Position numbers and translations under genes: made by a program
Assembly (NCBI RefSeq): GCF_006345805.1
Contig: NC_043006.1
Location: forward strand, 69,812,001 to 69,876,000
DNA: 64,000 nt
DNA from: Octopus sinensis
Taxonomy: Eukaryota
Direction: 5' to 3'
Shown here: positions 12,061-25,236 of the stretch, piece by piece
How positions within the stretch are numbered: the stretch's first letter is position 1
How the letters are laid out: every line of letters begins with the position of its first letter
Notes under the pieces: model-generated
What the model saw: only the letters and a program-made list of their open reading frames with translations
The model's database searches: none
Told to the model about the DNA's origin: nothing

Positions 12061-13437
12061 AGTGGGTTGATGTGAAATCCAGAGATAGACAAAATATTGA
12101 GGCCAGAAGGTCATTTCAAAACCAAAAAAATACAAGAATTAAAGGGGAGGTGTATTATACTACCATGATTAATTTTGTGGTAAATAGATTCAACGAACGC
12201 CGTACACGTCTATATAGACACACACATGCCCAGAGAGAAGGCTCTGTAACACATCCATATACACGCTTCTATGTATTGGCATTCATACACATTCACATAC
12301 ATCAGTACTTGCTCTTCGCGTGGTACAAATAAACTGCGTTTCTATGTTACTTTCTGAATGCAGACACGCACACACACGCACACACTCACGCACACAGATA
12401 TGTTTTAGTGTATGTATACATATATTAGTGAGTGTGTGTGTGTGTTGGTAGTGTAGTATATAATATAGTCTAAACTGAATAAAAATGGACGAGAAAAATG
12501 TAGGTCGAAAGCGGAAGTTGTGTATATTGTGTTGTTTAAATGGCTAATACCGGAAGTGGTAAAATCTCTTTAGCTCTTTGCATTCTTTGTACGTCCTTTC
12601 ATTGCTTGATCGTTGTCTATAATGGACTTATTTATTAGTTTAATCATTCAAAGATCATAGATGCAGTAGTTGTTCTTACAAATACAAGCAGTTATATCAT
12701 TAATTCCATTATTAATAATAATGATTTGTAACATAGTCACAAGGCCTCAAATTTGGGGCCGAGTTGAATACATCTTTCCCAATACTTAACTTATATTTTC
12801 GGCTCTCGACCTCAGAAGGATTAACGGCAAAGTTACCGCCTACTGGATTTAAAATGACACAGAACAGGGCGCACCACAAGACATCTTGTCGTGTTATCTG
12901 CCGTTCTTCCAAACCCTCTGCTTACGCCTAGCATTTTATTGATCTTCCAAACACCAGCCCTTCTTCTGCGCTCTATTAATTTGCCCAACACCCACTTTTG
13001 CCTGACATTTCACCGATCTTCCAAAACCTTCCCCTTGTTTAATGCACCGTCACTCTTCTACACTCTTGTCCGGTGCTCCCCTGATTAGCCAAGTCGCTAC
13101 TCTTGTACGGCTTTATACCGATCTACGGAACTTCCAAACAACCAGTCAAACCCTAACCCTAAACCTAATTCCTAATACGGATACCAAACATTGTACTAAG
13201 AATGCATTTTGGGAGAGACCATCGATTAGACAAATATCAGTGAATATCTCATGCAGTTCTTCTTAGAAGAGGTTGAAAGGATAACTCCTGAAGGTGCAAT
13301 TAAGGTGAAAGGAGTGAGTTGAGAATAAAAATGGAAGTTGTTAAAAATACAAAACATCTGGAGATTAAGCTGGTGATGATGAGGATGATGATTGATGCTA
13401 CTGCTGCTGATGATGCTGCTGCTGCTGATGATGATGC

Positions 13438-14044
13438 TTTCAAATTTTGGTACAAAGCCAGCAATTTCGGGAAGGAGTTAAGTCGATTAAATTGAAACCA
13501 ATGCTCAACTAGTATCTATTTTATCGACCACGAAACTATCAACGGCGAAATTTAAACTCAGGACAGAATACCACTCAGAATTTTGCCCAGTGTACTTAGA
13601 CGGTTTGCTGTAATAATAATAACAACAATAATAAAATAATAATAATAATTTTTACTGGAGGCAAAAGGCCTGAAATTTGTGGGGAGGGGACTAGTTGATT
13701 ACCTCGATTCCAGTGTTTCAATAGTTATTGATTTATAGACCCCGAAAGATGAAAGGAAAAGTCGACCTGGGCGGAATTTGAACTTAGAATGTAGCAGCAG
13801 AGGAAATACCTATTTCTTTACTACCCACAAGGGGCTAAACACAGAGAAGATAAACAAGGACAGACAAACGGATTAAGTCGATTATATCGACCGCAGTCCG
13901 TAACATGGTACTTATTTCATCGAGCCCGAAAGGATGCAAGGCAAAGTCGATCTCGGCGGGATTTGAACTCAGAACGTAAAGACAGACGAAATATCGCTAA
14001 GCATTTCGCCCGGCGTGCTAACGTTTCTGCCAGCTCGCCACCTT
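13438..14044 (-). mobile_element. SINE family A cluster (A2 copy, TAA tract, A2-A1 composite)
   Basis: Same body motifs; head ends ctgccagctcgccacctt at 14044. Confidence 0.85.
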
Positions 14045-14124
14045 AACGCATAATTCCTTTCTAATTTTGGCACAAGGCCAGCAATTTTAAGAGGTGCGTG
14101 GTGGAAGCCGATTACAGGTAGTTC

Positions 14125-14390
14125 ACAGGTGTTTCACATTATCAACACTGGATCAGCCTGCTAGTGAAATTAACATGCCAGTGGCTGAGTATTCCGCAAA
14201 CACGTATATCCTTAACGTAGTTCTCAGGGAGATTCAGTGTGATTCAGAATGTGACAGGTGTGACCGTTTGAATTACATGTACAACTCATTTTTGCTAGCT
14301 GAGTGGACTACAGCAACGTGAAAAAAACTGGATGCAAGGAATCGAACTCACGACCTCCCAAATACCCTAACCACTAAGCCATGTGCCTTC
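14125..14390 (-). mobile_element. SINE family D copy
   Basis: Reverse complement of the 8977-9300 family (gaatcgaactcacgacc..ctaaccactaagccatgtgccttcac). Confidence 0.8.
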
Positions 14391-14391
14391 A

Positions 14392-14548
14392 CAAGATCAG
14401 GGTGGAAGAGGCTTGATTTGCGTGGAAGAGGTGCACGGATGGGGCGAAGGGGTTTACTTATTTGCAGAATATCGAGCGCGTAAAGAACAGGTGAAAAAAA
14501 CTGGAAAATGTGAAAAGGATAAAAAGGATATTCAAAGAGAACAAATAG
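14392..14548 (+). mobile_element. Small R4/Dong RT C-terminal fragment between two SINEs
   Basis: QDQGGRGLICVEE matches the clade motif RxxGGRGLIxVE. Confidence 0.45.
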
Positions 14549-14915
14549 ACGCAGGAGTGGCTGTGTGGTAAGTAGCTTGCTTACCAACCACATGGTTCCG
14601 GGTTCAGTCCCACTGCATGGAACCTTGGGCAAGTGTCTTTTACTATAGCTTCAGGCAGACCAAAGCCTTGTGAGTGGATTTGGTAGACGGAAACTGAAAG
14701 AAGCCCGTCGTATATATATATATATGTATGTATATATATGTACGTATATATATTGTATACAGCTATTGTACAGTTGCTTACCAACTACAAGATTCTGGGT
14801 TCAATCCTACAACGTGGCACCTTGTGCAAGTGTCATCTACTATAGCCTCGGGCCGACCAAGGTCTTGTGAGTGGATTTGGTAGACGGAAACTGAAAGAAG
14901 CCATTCGTATATATG

Positions 14916-14993
<78 letters not shown>

Positions 14994-15190
14994 GTGTGTC
15001 TGTTTGTCACCCCCGCCATCGCTTGACAACCGATGCTGGTGTGTTTATGTCCCCGTAACTTAGTGGTTCGGCAAAAGAGACCGAAAAAATAAGTACTAGG
15101 CTTACAAAGAATAAGTCCTGGGCTCGATTTGCTCGACTAAATGCGGTGCTCCAGCATGGCCACAGTCAAATGACTGAAACAAGTAAAAGA
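14549..15190 (+). mobile_element. Two adjacent SINE family B copies (5' half 14549-14745; near-complete 14765-15190)
   Basis: Duplicated head/body motifs followed by one 3' half. Confidence 0.85.
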
Positions 15191-15310
15191 AAGAAAGACG
15201 AGAAACCTTTGTATGGTCATTTATGGAAATTCACTGATGATGAACGCGGGAGAAAACTCTGGGCATGGCTGAAAATGGACAACTGGAAAAAAAAGTTATA
15301 TTACAGCAGT

Positions 15311-15485
15311 GGAGGCACATCGCCTAGTGGTTAGAGCAGCCGACTCGCGGTCGAGGGATCGCGGATTGGAATCTCAGACCGGGCGATGTGTGTTTTTATG
15401 AGTGAAACACCGAAGCTCCACGCGGCTCCGGCAGAAGGTAATGGCGAACCTTTTGCTGACTCTTTTACCACAACTTTCTCTCAGT
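15311..15485 (+). mobile_element. tRNA-derived SINE family C, 5' part
   Basis: gcctagtggttagagcag..gactcgcggtcgagg tRNA-like head; homologous to 39206-39497. Confidence 0.8.
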
Positions 15486-15984
15486 GATTGAAGCCTAAAT
15501 TACAAGGGGCTTGTCTCACCGAGAAAGTTACTGGTTACTTTTGGGTATCCTCCCACATTTACCCCCGTAAATTTAATTACTATTTATTTGTATTCTCCTT
15601 CCAGCAAATAACGGGTAGAAATCGGATCAATGTTCACCGCTTTTTTGGTTTTTGTTTTTTGACGCAGAGAGAAAGCAGCACTGTGATGGTAGTAAAAATG
15701 AAAAAAAAAGAAAAAAGAGAGAAAAACCAAAGGAAAGTTCAAAGCTTCTTTGATTAAAGGGACATCACATCTCTTCAGTGATTAAAGGAACATTTTGCGC
15801 GTGCAAATAATTTTTCTGCTAACAGAAAGAAAAAAAGAAGTTAGAAATGTATTTTGAAAATTAATAGCTGATACTCGTTATATATGCATATATATATGCA
15901 TAGATGTTTCCTATTCCAAAAGCACAAGCCTTCTTCAGAAACTCTACAGGACATCCCATTCTAATCTCCTTCATTTTTTTTCGC

Positions 15985-16280
15985 CCTTTTCAAGCCTAGC
16001 CAAGCACATGGGCCGGTTTCCCAGTTTCTGTGGCCACATGTGTTCCCCCAGCTGGATGGGACGCCAGTCCATCGCAGCGTTACTCGAGAAACAGGAAGAA
16101 AGAGTGAGAGAAAATTGGGGTGAAAGAGTACAACAGAGGTCGCCACCACCCCCTGCCGGAGCCTCGTGAAGCTTTAGGTGTTTTCGTTCAATAAACACAC
16201 ACAAAGTCTGGTCTGGGAATCGAAACCACGATCCTCCGACCGCGAGACTGCTGCCCTAACCACTGGGCCATTTCACCTCC
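15985..16280 (-). mobile_element. SINE family C, full length (contains a V-domain-like ctgcgatggactggcgtcccatccag segment)
   Basis: Minus strand: tggcccagtggttagggcagc..ggtttcgattccc..gctgcgatggactggcgtcccatccag..agaaactgggaaaccggccc. The V-domain assignment is recalled from the literature, not searched. Confidence 0.75.
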
Positions 16281-17508
16281 ACATTGCCCCAAGTTGCCCT
16301 AAGGAGAATATATAACAAATTGCAATGCCTCATCCTAATCACAATTAGATCATTTTCACTGCGTAGTTGATGATCGTCTTTGTAAAAAGTTAGCCACTCA
16401 GATAACAAATTCGTAATGTATGCAATCACCTCAGATAAAATTTCAAGACAGATACATGGTTATTGCAATTTAAACATGAATTTATAACATGATTTTATGT
16501 ATCTTTCAGTTACCGTATTTTAAAGCCAGCTTATGAATTTCATGATCGCTATTTTAATTTTTTTTTAAATAGTGCTTGGAATAAAAAGAAGTTCAATGAA
16601 AATCACTTATAGAAGTAAAAATTAGGCTTAGAAGATATTTTAGTGGTGGACAATTAAAAGATTGCAGAAAAAAGTTTTGCCACCGAAGTGATGGTGGTGA
16701 GAATATTCCTTCAACATTTCTTCGATATAAATTAGGAAAAATAGAGTTGTACGCATCAAAACCACTGTACGCTCTAAGACACTGGATCATGTCATCTACT
16801 ATAATGTCATTAAAAACTGAGTAGACATGATTGGGTAAATATGGAGAACACCTATTATTTTGTATGGTGTATTGCCGCTCTATCTTGCTTCATTGAATAA
16901 CTTATTCGGTGAACACATTTTGTCTGCTGTTTCTAGTGGAACTGGCAAATTTCTTTAACCAACTGGTGTCAATACCACTTCCGAAAGAATTTGTATATTC
17001 CTTTGTTGATGATGCAACACGATATTCTGAGGTCGAAGCTGCGACAGAAATTCCTAAACATTTGTTTTTGTTATTTAGCTTCAGTCAGCTCTGTTTGAGC
17101 ATCCCTATGATCCAATTCATTCCAGATATGGCCATCCCATCTAACTCATACAATAAACTTTTCAGTACGTTTTCTAATGCATTTTCCTTTTTTTTTTTTT
17201 CCTTAAAAAGAGATTAAAGTGAAATTTGACTGGAATTTGGCTATCATTTCTAGCAGATCCTCTGATCTGCTCGATAGAACCTTTTCCGCCAGGTGGATTA
17301 TTTGATAGTGCACAAGGGATTCCGAAGTGAGCTTCTTAACTAGGACGCCATGTCCGCATCCTTTAGGTTTCAACAAATCAAAGACAAGAATTATCCCTTA
17401 GATTTAAATAACTCATCATTACTGCTCCTTTTCAATCCACTGAATAGATATAACCAGCCTGTTTCTTAATGAGATATAACACAATGAAATACTAGAATAT
17501 TGCCATCT

Positions 17509-18107
17509 TATTTCTTTATTGCCCACAAGGGGCTAAACACAGAGAGGACAAACAAGAACAGACACACGGATTAAGTCGATTATATCGACTCCAGTGCGTA
17601 ACTGGTACTTATTTAATCGATCTCGAAAGGATGAAAGGCAAAGTCGACCTCGGAGGAATTTGAACTCAGAACGTAACAGCAGACGAAATACCCATTTCTT
17701 TACTACCTACAAGCGGCTAAACACAGAGAGGACAAACAAGGACAGACACACGGATTAAGTCGTTTATATCGATCTCAGTGCGTAACTGGTACTTAATTTA
17801 TCGACCCCGAAAGGATGAAAGGCAAAGTTGACCTCGGCAGAATTTGAACTCAGAACGTAACAGCAGACGAAATACCCATTTCTTTACTACCCACAATGGG
17901 CTAAACACAGAGGGGACAAACAAGGACAGACAAACGGATTAAGTCGATTATATTAACCCCAGTGCGTAACTGGTACTTATTTAATCGACCCCGAAAGGAT
18001 GAAAAGCAAAGTCGACCTCGGCGGAATTTGAACTCAGAACATAGCGGCAGACGAAATACCGCTAAGTATTTCGTCCGGCGCGTTAACGTTTCTGCCAGCT
18101 CGCCGCC
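17509..18107 (-). mobile_element. SINE family A1 trimer: one head plus three tandem 184-bp units
   Basis: Unit starts at ~17510, 17694 and 17878; the head (A-box) is present only once, at 18061-18107. Confidence 0.9.
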
Positions 18108-18390
18108 ACAAATAATTAACTTATTCTTTTCTACTTTAGGCACAAGGTCCTTCCCCAGGATATCTTATTGCGACGTCTGATTTAAAAAAGAGAGAGAAAC
18201 ACCACCACTCGTTGCGTGCAGAGTTTTAGATTTCTTCAGGCAATGACCTAACTCTTCTCAAGATTCTAATATTCCAATGAACGGTAAGAGAATCCTTCAC
18301 TTTTTGCAGAGGTTGTCAAAGCAGTTACAACAATAATGGCTATATTGTTGCAGCTACTGATGTTGTTGGTTGTATTTTTATTGTATTGTA

Positions 18391-18621
18391 GGCGGCGAGC
18401 TGGCAGAAACGTTAGCACGCCGGGCGAAATGCGTAGCCGTATTTCGTCTGCTTCTACGTTCAGAGTTCAAATTCCGCCGAGGTCGACTTAGCCTTTCATC
18501 CTTTCCGCGTCGATTAAATAAGTACCAGTTACGCAATGGTGTCGATATAATCGACTTAATCCGTTTGTCTGTCCTTGTTTGTCTCCTCTGTGTTTAGCCC
18601 CTTGTGGGTAATAAAGAAATA
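18391..18621 (+). mobile_element. SINE family A1 monomer with probable 12-bp TSD
   Basis: tgtatttttatt at 18371-18382 and 18622-18633. Confidence 0.88.
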
Positions 18622-18699
18622 TGTATTTTTATTCCAACCGTAACCATCCCACTTTTTTTGTGTCTGTCAGGAACTATAGTCTCCAACAGTGCCCCGCCA

Positions 18700-18867
18700 C
18701 CTTTTTTCGTTTGCAGCACACTTATATTCTTTTCAAAATTCGGCGGTACACCTGAACTAGAACTAAAAGTATAAGGAAAAAAAATTGTATTCAGGTTACA
18801 CTGCGGCACGCCTAGCATCGTCTCGTGGATCTCCAGTGAGCCGCGGCACACCGGTTGCGAAGCACTG
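18700..18867. mobile_element. One end of a hAT (Charlie-type) element
   Basis: ccgcggcacaccggttgcgaagcactg is the reverse complement of a CAGTGxTTCxCAACC terminus, followed by ttctacgt; the other end was not found. Confidence 0.5.
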
Positions 18868-19639
18868 TTCTACGTCACCTTCTATATTTTTTACATCAGG
18901 GTATGATTTGTGATAGATTGTAGAGCAGATTTAGTTGTTATTTCTAGCACCTAGAACGACTCGTTTTGTTTCGCCCCAGATTAGCTCTTGTTAAGTGGAC
19001 TTATTGATCTATGACATTCCAACCATGAACATCTCATCTATATGTTTAGGCATTGTATACCATAGTCTACAGTAGCCAGTGTCACCCGTTTAAAAAAAAG
19101 CTGGGTGTGGTTTGAGAGAGAATGGTTAATTTTAGCAGGGCAAACGATAACGAAAACTTTCCCTCATTGGCTCGAGCAAAACAGAAAGGAAGAGAGAAGA
19201 GAATAAACGAGTGAGAAAAAGATACATAGAGATAGAACGATAGAGGCAGGCAGAGACAGAGATAGACAGACACAATGAAAAAGGGACAAAAAGACGACTT
19301 CCGGTTTATGAAGAAGCTATCTTATCAAGAAAACGATGACAAACTAAAAACACAACAGACAAGACAAAAGTCTGAAACAAATTAAGAAACGTCTGTTTAG
19401 CGATGTCAAAAGAACTGAGTTAATATGGTCGCTATTACTGACATAAATTTATAGCGTTTTGCTTTGGGTTTGTTTTGGTTGTTATGTATTTTGTTAATTT
19501 ATTATTTTCTCTTGCTACAATTGTCTGTTAATGCCTAAATATTACCAGACAATATCGATATTAATGTGGCGGGCTGAGGGTGTAGAGTTTAAGTGATTGT
19601 CAGAAGGGGTTACAGATCAGACACTGATAGACGTACAAA

Positions 19640-19646
19640 TTGATAA

Positions 19647-19687
<41 letters not shown>

Positions 19688-19870
19688 GGTGTGGTGGTGG
19701 TGTGTTGTGTGTGTGTGGTGTGTGGTGTGTGTGTGTGTGGGTGTGTGTGTGTGTTGGTGTGTGTGTATGTGTATATGGTGTGTGGAGTGGTATAATATAA
19801 TATATATATAAAGGGAGGCACTGTGGTGGTAGATACATACATACATACATGCACACACACACACACACAC

Positions 19871-19902
<32 letters not shown>

Positions 19903-20027
19903 ATATACTGATACATATAAATTTTATATGTAGACATAAACCATATATTCATATGTATGTTTGTATAAATAAATAGACATGTAATATATGTATGTATGTA
20001 TAAAATGTATATAAATATATATATAAT

Positions 20028-20060
<33 letters not shown>

Positions 20061-21052
20061 TAAGGATATATTTGTATGTGTGTATATATATATATATACA
20101 CATAGTTTTGAATGTATATTTGTTATATACATATATATTTGTATATATATATATATACATATATATATATGTAGGCATATATATACATATATATGTATAG
20201 GGAAGTAAAGATTTTTTGAAAGGGACGTTTCTTATGTATCATGTTTGCTGTTTTGTTTTTGTGGTGGTTGTTATTACTATAACAATATTGTTTGCTAATG
20301 ATACTGTTGTTGTCATAGTTTATTTATATGCGTACACACACGGCCTCGCGCGAGCGCGCGCGTGTGCGTCGTTATCTGGATGTCTTGGTGCGTGTATGTA
20401 CATGCGTTTCAATACTTATGTAAATGCTAGAAATTGCTGGGTGGGCTGAGGGCGGTGTCGATGTGGCAAGAAAATGAAAATGGAGGGTTTAACTTAATAT
20501 GGTAATATTTGTTGATTCCTGTCTGTATTTGATCTACGTCACTGTTTTGTTGCAGTTGTTGTTGTTGCTGCTGTTGTCAGTATCGTCTTTCATGTTGTTT
20601 ACTAAATGATAGTGTTGTGACTGCGTATAAATAAATACAAGCGTGTGTGTGTATGCATGTACGTACGTAGTACATATACACATGTGTGTGTGTTAGTGTG
20701 TGCATTCATGTATACATTTATGTATGTATGTATCCAAATATGTATACATGTATATATTATGTAGTGTATGTATGTATGTATGTAGTATGTATGTATGTAT
20801 GTTGTGCATATATGTATGTATATATATTATATTATATATATATCTATATATATATATATATATATAATAATCAAAATATAATAAAATAAAACATATGCCA
20901 GATATACATAATATATATGTACGTAACCGACATCTATATTTTATATATTTATAATAAATATATATATATATACTGTCTATTATATATATAAATATAATAT
21001 ATATATATAATATATATAATATATAAATATACATATATATATATATATATGT

Positions 21053-21091
<39 letters not shown>

Positions 21092-22460
21092 TATATATAT
21101 AGAGAGAGAGAGAGAGAGATAAATAGAAAACAGATAGACAGATAGACAGATAGACATATATATATGTAGTTATGTATGTACTTATATAGAGAGATATATG
21201 CATTTATGTATGTATGGTGTATATATGTATGTATGCATGCATGCATGCTCGTATGTATGCATGCATGCTCGTATGTATGCATGTGTATGTATGTATGTAT
21301 GTATGTATGTATGTATGTATGTATGTATGTATGTAGTGTGTGCATGTATGTATGCATGTTTAATTGTATGTGTATGTATGTATGAATGAATGTATGCATG
21401 TATGTATATGTGTTTGTATGTATGCATGTGTGTTTATGTATGTATGCATGTATGTATGTGTGTATGTGTGTTTGTATGTATGCATGTGTATTTATGTATG
21501 TATGTATGCATGATTGTGTTTGTTTGTGTGTATGTTATATATGTGTTTGTATGTATGCATGCATGTATGCATGTATGTACATATGTGTGTTTGTATGTAT
21601 GTATGTATGTATGTGTATATATCTATGTGTGTGTATGCATGTGTGTGTATGTATGTATGAATGTATATATGTATGTATATATGCATGTATGTATGTATGT
21701 ATGTGTATGTAAGTGTGTATGTGTGTATGTCATACCTGAGTGTTTTTAAAATTATGTCATTGATACTTATGATGCGTGTTGCGGCGGTAGGTGATGATGT
21801 TATGCTTAATGTGGTAGTTAGTGTTGTTGTTGTTGTTGTTGTTGTTGCTGTTGTTGTTGATGCCTCTGTTATTATTATAGTTGTTGCTGTTATTGTTATT
21901 GTTGTCGTGTATAAATTTGCTGAGGATGCCTGTGGTTATGAGCCGAGTCTTCGTGTATTTGTGGGTAAGTAATGGCGTCGGTAACAAGCTTTACGTGAAT
22001 GTGCGTGTGTGTGTGGGTGTGTGAGCGTGTGTGTGTGTGTATGTGTGTGTGCGTGTGTGTGTGTGCGTGTGAGTGTGTGTGTGTGTGAGTGTATGAGTGT
22101 GTGTGAGTGTATGTGTGTGTGTATGGGTGTGTGAGCGTGTGTGTGTGTGTATGTGTGTGTGAGTGTATGTGTGTGTGTGTGTGTGTGTGTGAGTGAGTGT
22201 GTGTGTTTGCGTGTGTGGTGTATTTATGTCTATGCCAGCGTTTGCTAACTTTGATTGCATGTATGTGTGTGTGTTTCTGTATGTGTGTGTTGTGTGTGTG
22301 TGTGTGTGTTGTGTGTGTGTGCATGCAAGAAGGAGTGTTTGTGTGTATATGTGCGCGTATGAGTGTGTGTGCGTGTGTACGTACGTGCGTGCATGTGCAC
22401 GTGTGTTGTGTGTGTGTGTGTGTGTGGTGTGTGTGTGTGTGTGTGTGTGTGTTTGTGTTT
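19640..22460. repeat. Microsatellite field: (TA)n, (TG)n, (TATG)n, (GTT)n
   Basis: Direct reading; short unique islands at ~20200-20640 and 21730-21990. Confidence 0.95.
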
Positions 22461-22519
22461 GTGTACTTTCGTGACCCTCCATTTCCGTTTGTCTTGTATT
22501 GTTGCCTGATTCCATAAAA

Positions 22520-22563
22520 TGTATCAGGATCAAAATCATCACCAACTCCATCATCATCACCAC

Positions 22564-22595
<32 letters not shown>

Positions 22596-22745
22596 TGAAC
22601 ATCACCATCATCATCATCATCGTCATCACCATCATCATCATCATCGTCATCACCATCATCATCATCATCACCATCATCATCGTCATCAGCATCATCACCA
22701 CCATCATCATCATCATCATCATCATCATCAGCATCATCATCACTG

Positions 22746-22796
<51 letters not shown>

Positions 22797-22893
22797 CCAC
22801 CATCATCATCATCATCATTATCATCATCATCATCATCATCATCATCATCGTCGTCGTCGTCATCATCCCCATCATCATCACCATCACCACCAC

Positions 22894-22932
<39 letters not shown>

Positions 22933-23007
22933 TATTATCATCGTCATCATCATCATCATCATCACCATCATCATCATCGTCATCACCATCATCATCATCG
23001 TCATCAC

Positions 23008-23042
<35 letters not shown>

Positions 23043-23085
23043 CTGTCATCAACATCAGCACCAGCACCATCATCAACACCAGTGG
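22520..23085 (+). repeat. ~570-bp (CAT)n/(CAC)n trinucleotide tract
   Basis: Direct reading; yields the poly-H/poly-I/poly-M artefact ORFs. Confidence 0.97.
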
Positions 23086-23264
23086 TAGTAACTGATCCGC
23101 CCCCACCTCACTATAGGTTTTCTTTTGGGGACGTTTCGCAAATTAACTAATGTGTCCTTTCCTTCATGAAAAAAGTAGGGTCTGCTTTATAAGCAAGATA
23201 TTTGCCTGCTATTTCTGGCATGTCATATGATGCGTCGATGAATCGTCTTTTTTCCTTTATCTTA

Positions 23265-23628
23265 TGCTTGTCTCAACAGTGGTCTGCGGCCATGCTGCAG
23301 CATCACTTTTACGGATTCAGTATAACAAATCGACCCCTGGACTTATTCTCTGTAAGCCTAGTACCTATTATACCAGGCCCTTTTGCCGAACCGCTAAGTT
23401 ACGGTGACATAAACACACAAGCATCGGTTGTCAAGCGATGGTGGAGGCGAAGGACAGACACAGAACACAAGCACACACAACACACACACATATATGTATG
23501 TATGTATGTATATGCGACAGGCTTCTTTCAGTTTCCGTCTATGAAATCCACTCACAACAAGTTTTTGTCGGCCCGAAGCTATAGTAGAAGACACTTGCCC
23601 AAGGTGCCATGCACCCGGAACTATGTGT
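23265..23628 (-). mobile_element. SINE family B copy
   Basis: Reverse complement of family B (ccgctaagttacgg, gacacttgcccaaggtgcca). Confidence 0.85.
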
Positions 23629-23710
23629 CTGGGATATATATTATATATATCCCATATATATATATACCCCATATATATATATACGTGAGCTTCTCAGAAA
23701 ATCCTATTGA

Positions 23711-23776
<66 letters not shown>

Positions 23777-23827
23777 ACACACACACAAACACACTCACAC
23801 ACACGCCAGCACACACATTAATTTTTC

Positions 23828-24328
23828 CAGTATAGGCACTAGCTTTGAGATCAAATGCCGCCGGGGTCGACTTTGCATTCATCGCTTTGTAGTCAATAAA
23901 ATAGATACCTGCTGAATGTTGAGGCCGACGTAATCAACTTATTGCCCCTCCACCCGAAATTGCTGGCCTTGTGCCAAGATTTTGAAATCAGTATAGGTGC
24001 AGGCGTGGCTGTGTGGTAAGAAGTTTGCTTCCAAACCACATGGTTCCAGGCTCAGTCTCACTGCGTCGCAAATGATTTGATAAACGGTGTCAATTTTTAT
24101 AATTCTCTTAATAACAATCCTTTCTATTATACGCACAAGGCTTGAAATTTGGGGGAGGGGTATAATCGATTACATCGACCCCAGTACTCCACTGGTACCT
24201 AATTTGTCGACCCCGAAAGGATAAAAAGTAAAGTCGACCTCGGCGGAATTTGAACTCAGAACGTAGCGACGGGCGAAATGCCGCTAAGCATTTTATCCAA
24301 CGTGCTAATGATTCTATCAGCTCGCTGT
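23828..24328. mobile_element. SINE A2 (+, 23828-23990), SINE B head (+, 23994-24068), SINE A2 (-, 24115-24328)
   Basis: Family motifs read directly. Confidence 0.75.
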
Positions 24329-24341
24329 TTTCAATTCTGTA

Positions 24342-24388
<47 letters not shown>

Positions 24389-24679
24389 TGTATAAGCTTA
24401 AAGTTAATAATCGATCACCGTGTATTGACTCAAGAAATAGTCTAATATTGGAGCATATAAGCCCTCGACGGAAAAAATAAAGTGGGATTATCGTATGCGT
24501 GAGGCTCGAAATTGCATCTCTATGTTTTCGTAACAAGTGTGCTACTATTACACCAACGAAACCCCACGCTTTTTTCAGTCACGATGATAAGCTTTAATCT
24601 TATAAAATATCATTATTGTTACGAAGATGTACTTGCATAGCAAGTGACCTGATCTGAGATCGTCTGTTGAAACAAAAAG

Positions 24680-24954
24680 AATTGCAGTATGGAAGGTGTT
24701 TATAACCATTAAAAGAAACACAAAAACCGTTAGATTCATATCAACATTTAAATTTAATTTGCCAAAATATTCTCTTTGAGACCGCGACTTGATCACTGAC
24801 AAAATTCCGTGCTGCATCTCATTTTGTCAGTGAACAGGTCGTGGTTTCAAAGCGACGAAAATATTTTGGCAAATTAAATTTTCTATGTTGAAGTGAATCT
24901 AACGGTTTTTGTGTGTTTCTTAAATGGCTTATAAACACCTTCCACGCTGCAATT
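24680..24954. repeat. Long imperfect palindrome (two ~125-bp arms, 15-nt loop); probable fold-back element remnant
   Basis: The left arm aattgcagtatggaaggtgtttata..cactgacaaaat (24680-24805) is the reverse complement of attttgtcagtg..aacaccttccacgctgcaatt (24821-24954), with scattered mismatches. Confidence 0.92.
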
Positions 24955-25018
24955 GCTTATCATTAATATTATTTACAGAATAGTAAAATTCGACATGAAA
25001 AAGCGAGGTGGGTACATA

Positions 25019-25233
25019 CCTATTTCTTTACTAGCCACAAGGGGCTAAACACAGAGAGGACAGACAAGGAGATTAAGTCGATTACATCGACCCCAGTGCG
25101 TAACTGGTACTTAATTTATCGACCCCGAAAGGAAGAAAGGCAAAGTCGACCTCGGCGGAATTTGAACTCAGAACGTAACGGCAGACGAAATACGGCTACG
25201 CATTTCGTCCGGCGTGCTAACGTTTCTGCCAGC
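25019..25233 (-). mobile_element. SINE family A1 monomer
   Basis: Family motifs on the minus strand. Confidence 0.88.
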
Positions 25234-25236
25234 CGA

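Noticed and set aside
12540-12580. Walker-A-like MANTGSGKISL
   Set aside because: Only a ~33-codon frame, K is followed by I rather than T/S, and there are no other NTPase motifs; likely chance (the DNA also reads as an ETS-like ccggaagtg).
13149-13176. Interstitial telomere (CCCTAA)n
   Set aside because: Only two perfect units plus degenerate ones; too short to call.
16910-16975. Pif1/Helitron helicase-like SAVSSGTGKF / PTGV on the + strand
   Set aside because: Motifs are out of order and interrupted by a stop; no other helicase motifs nearby.
17509-18107. CRISPR-like repeat array
   Set aside because: The units are 184-bp SINE bodies without unique spacers; eukaryotic context and no cas genes.
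21991-23106. 371-aa poly-Met, poly-His and poly-Ile ORFs
   Set aside because: Translations of (CAT)n and (CA)n microsatellites; the same applies to the many YI/CV/HT-repeat ORFs.
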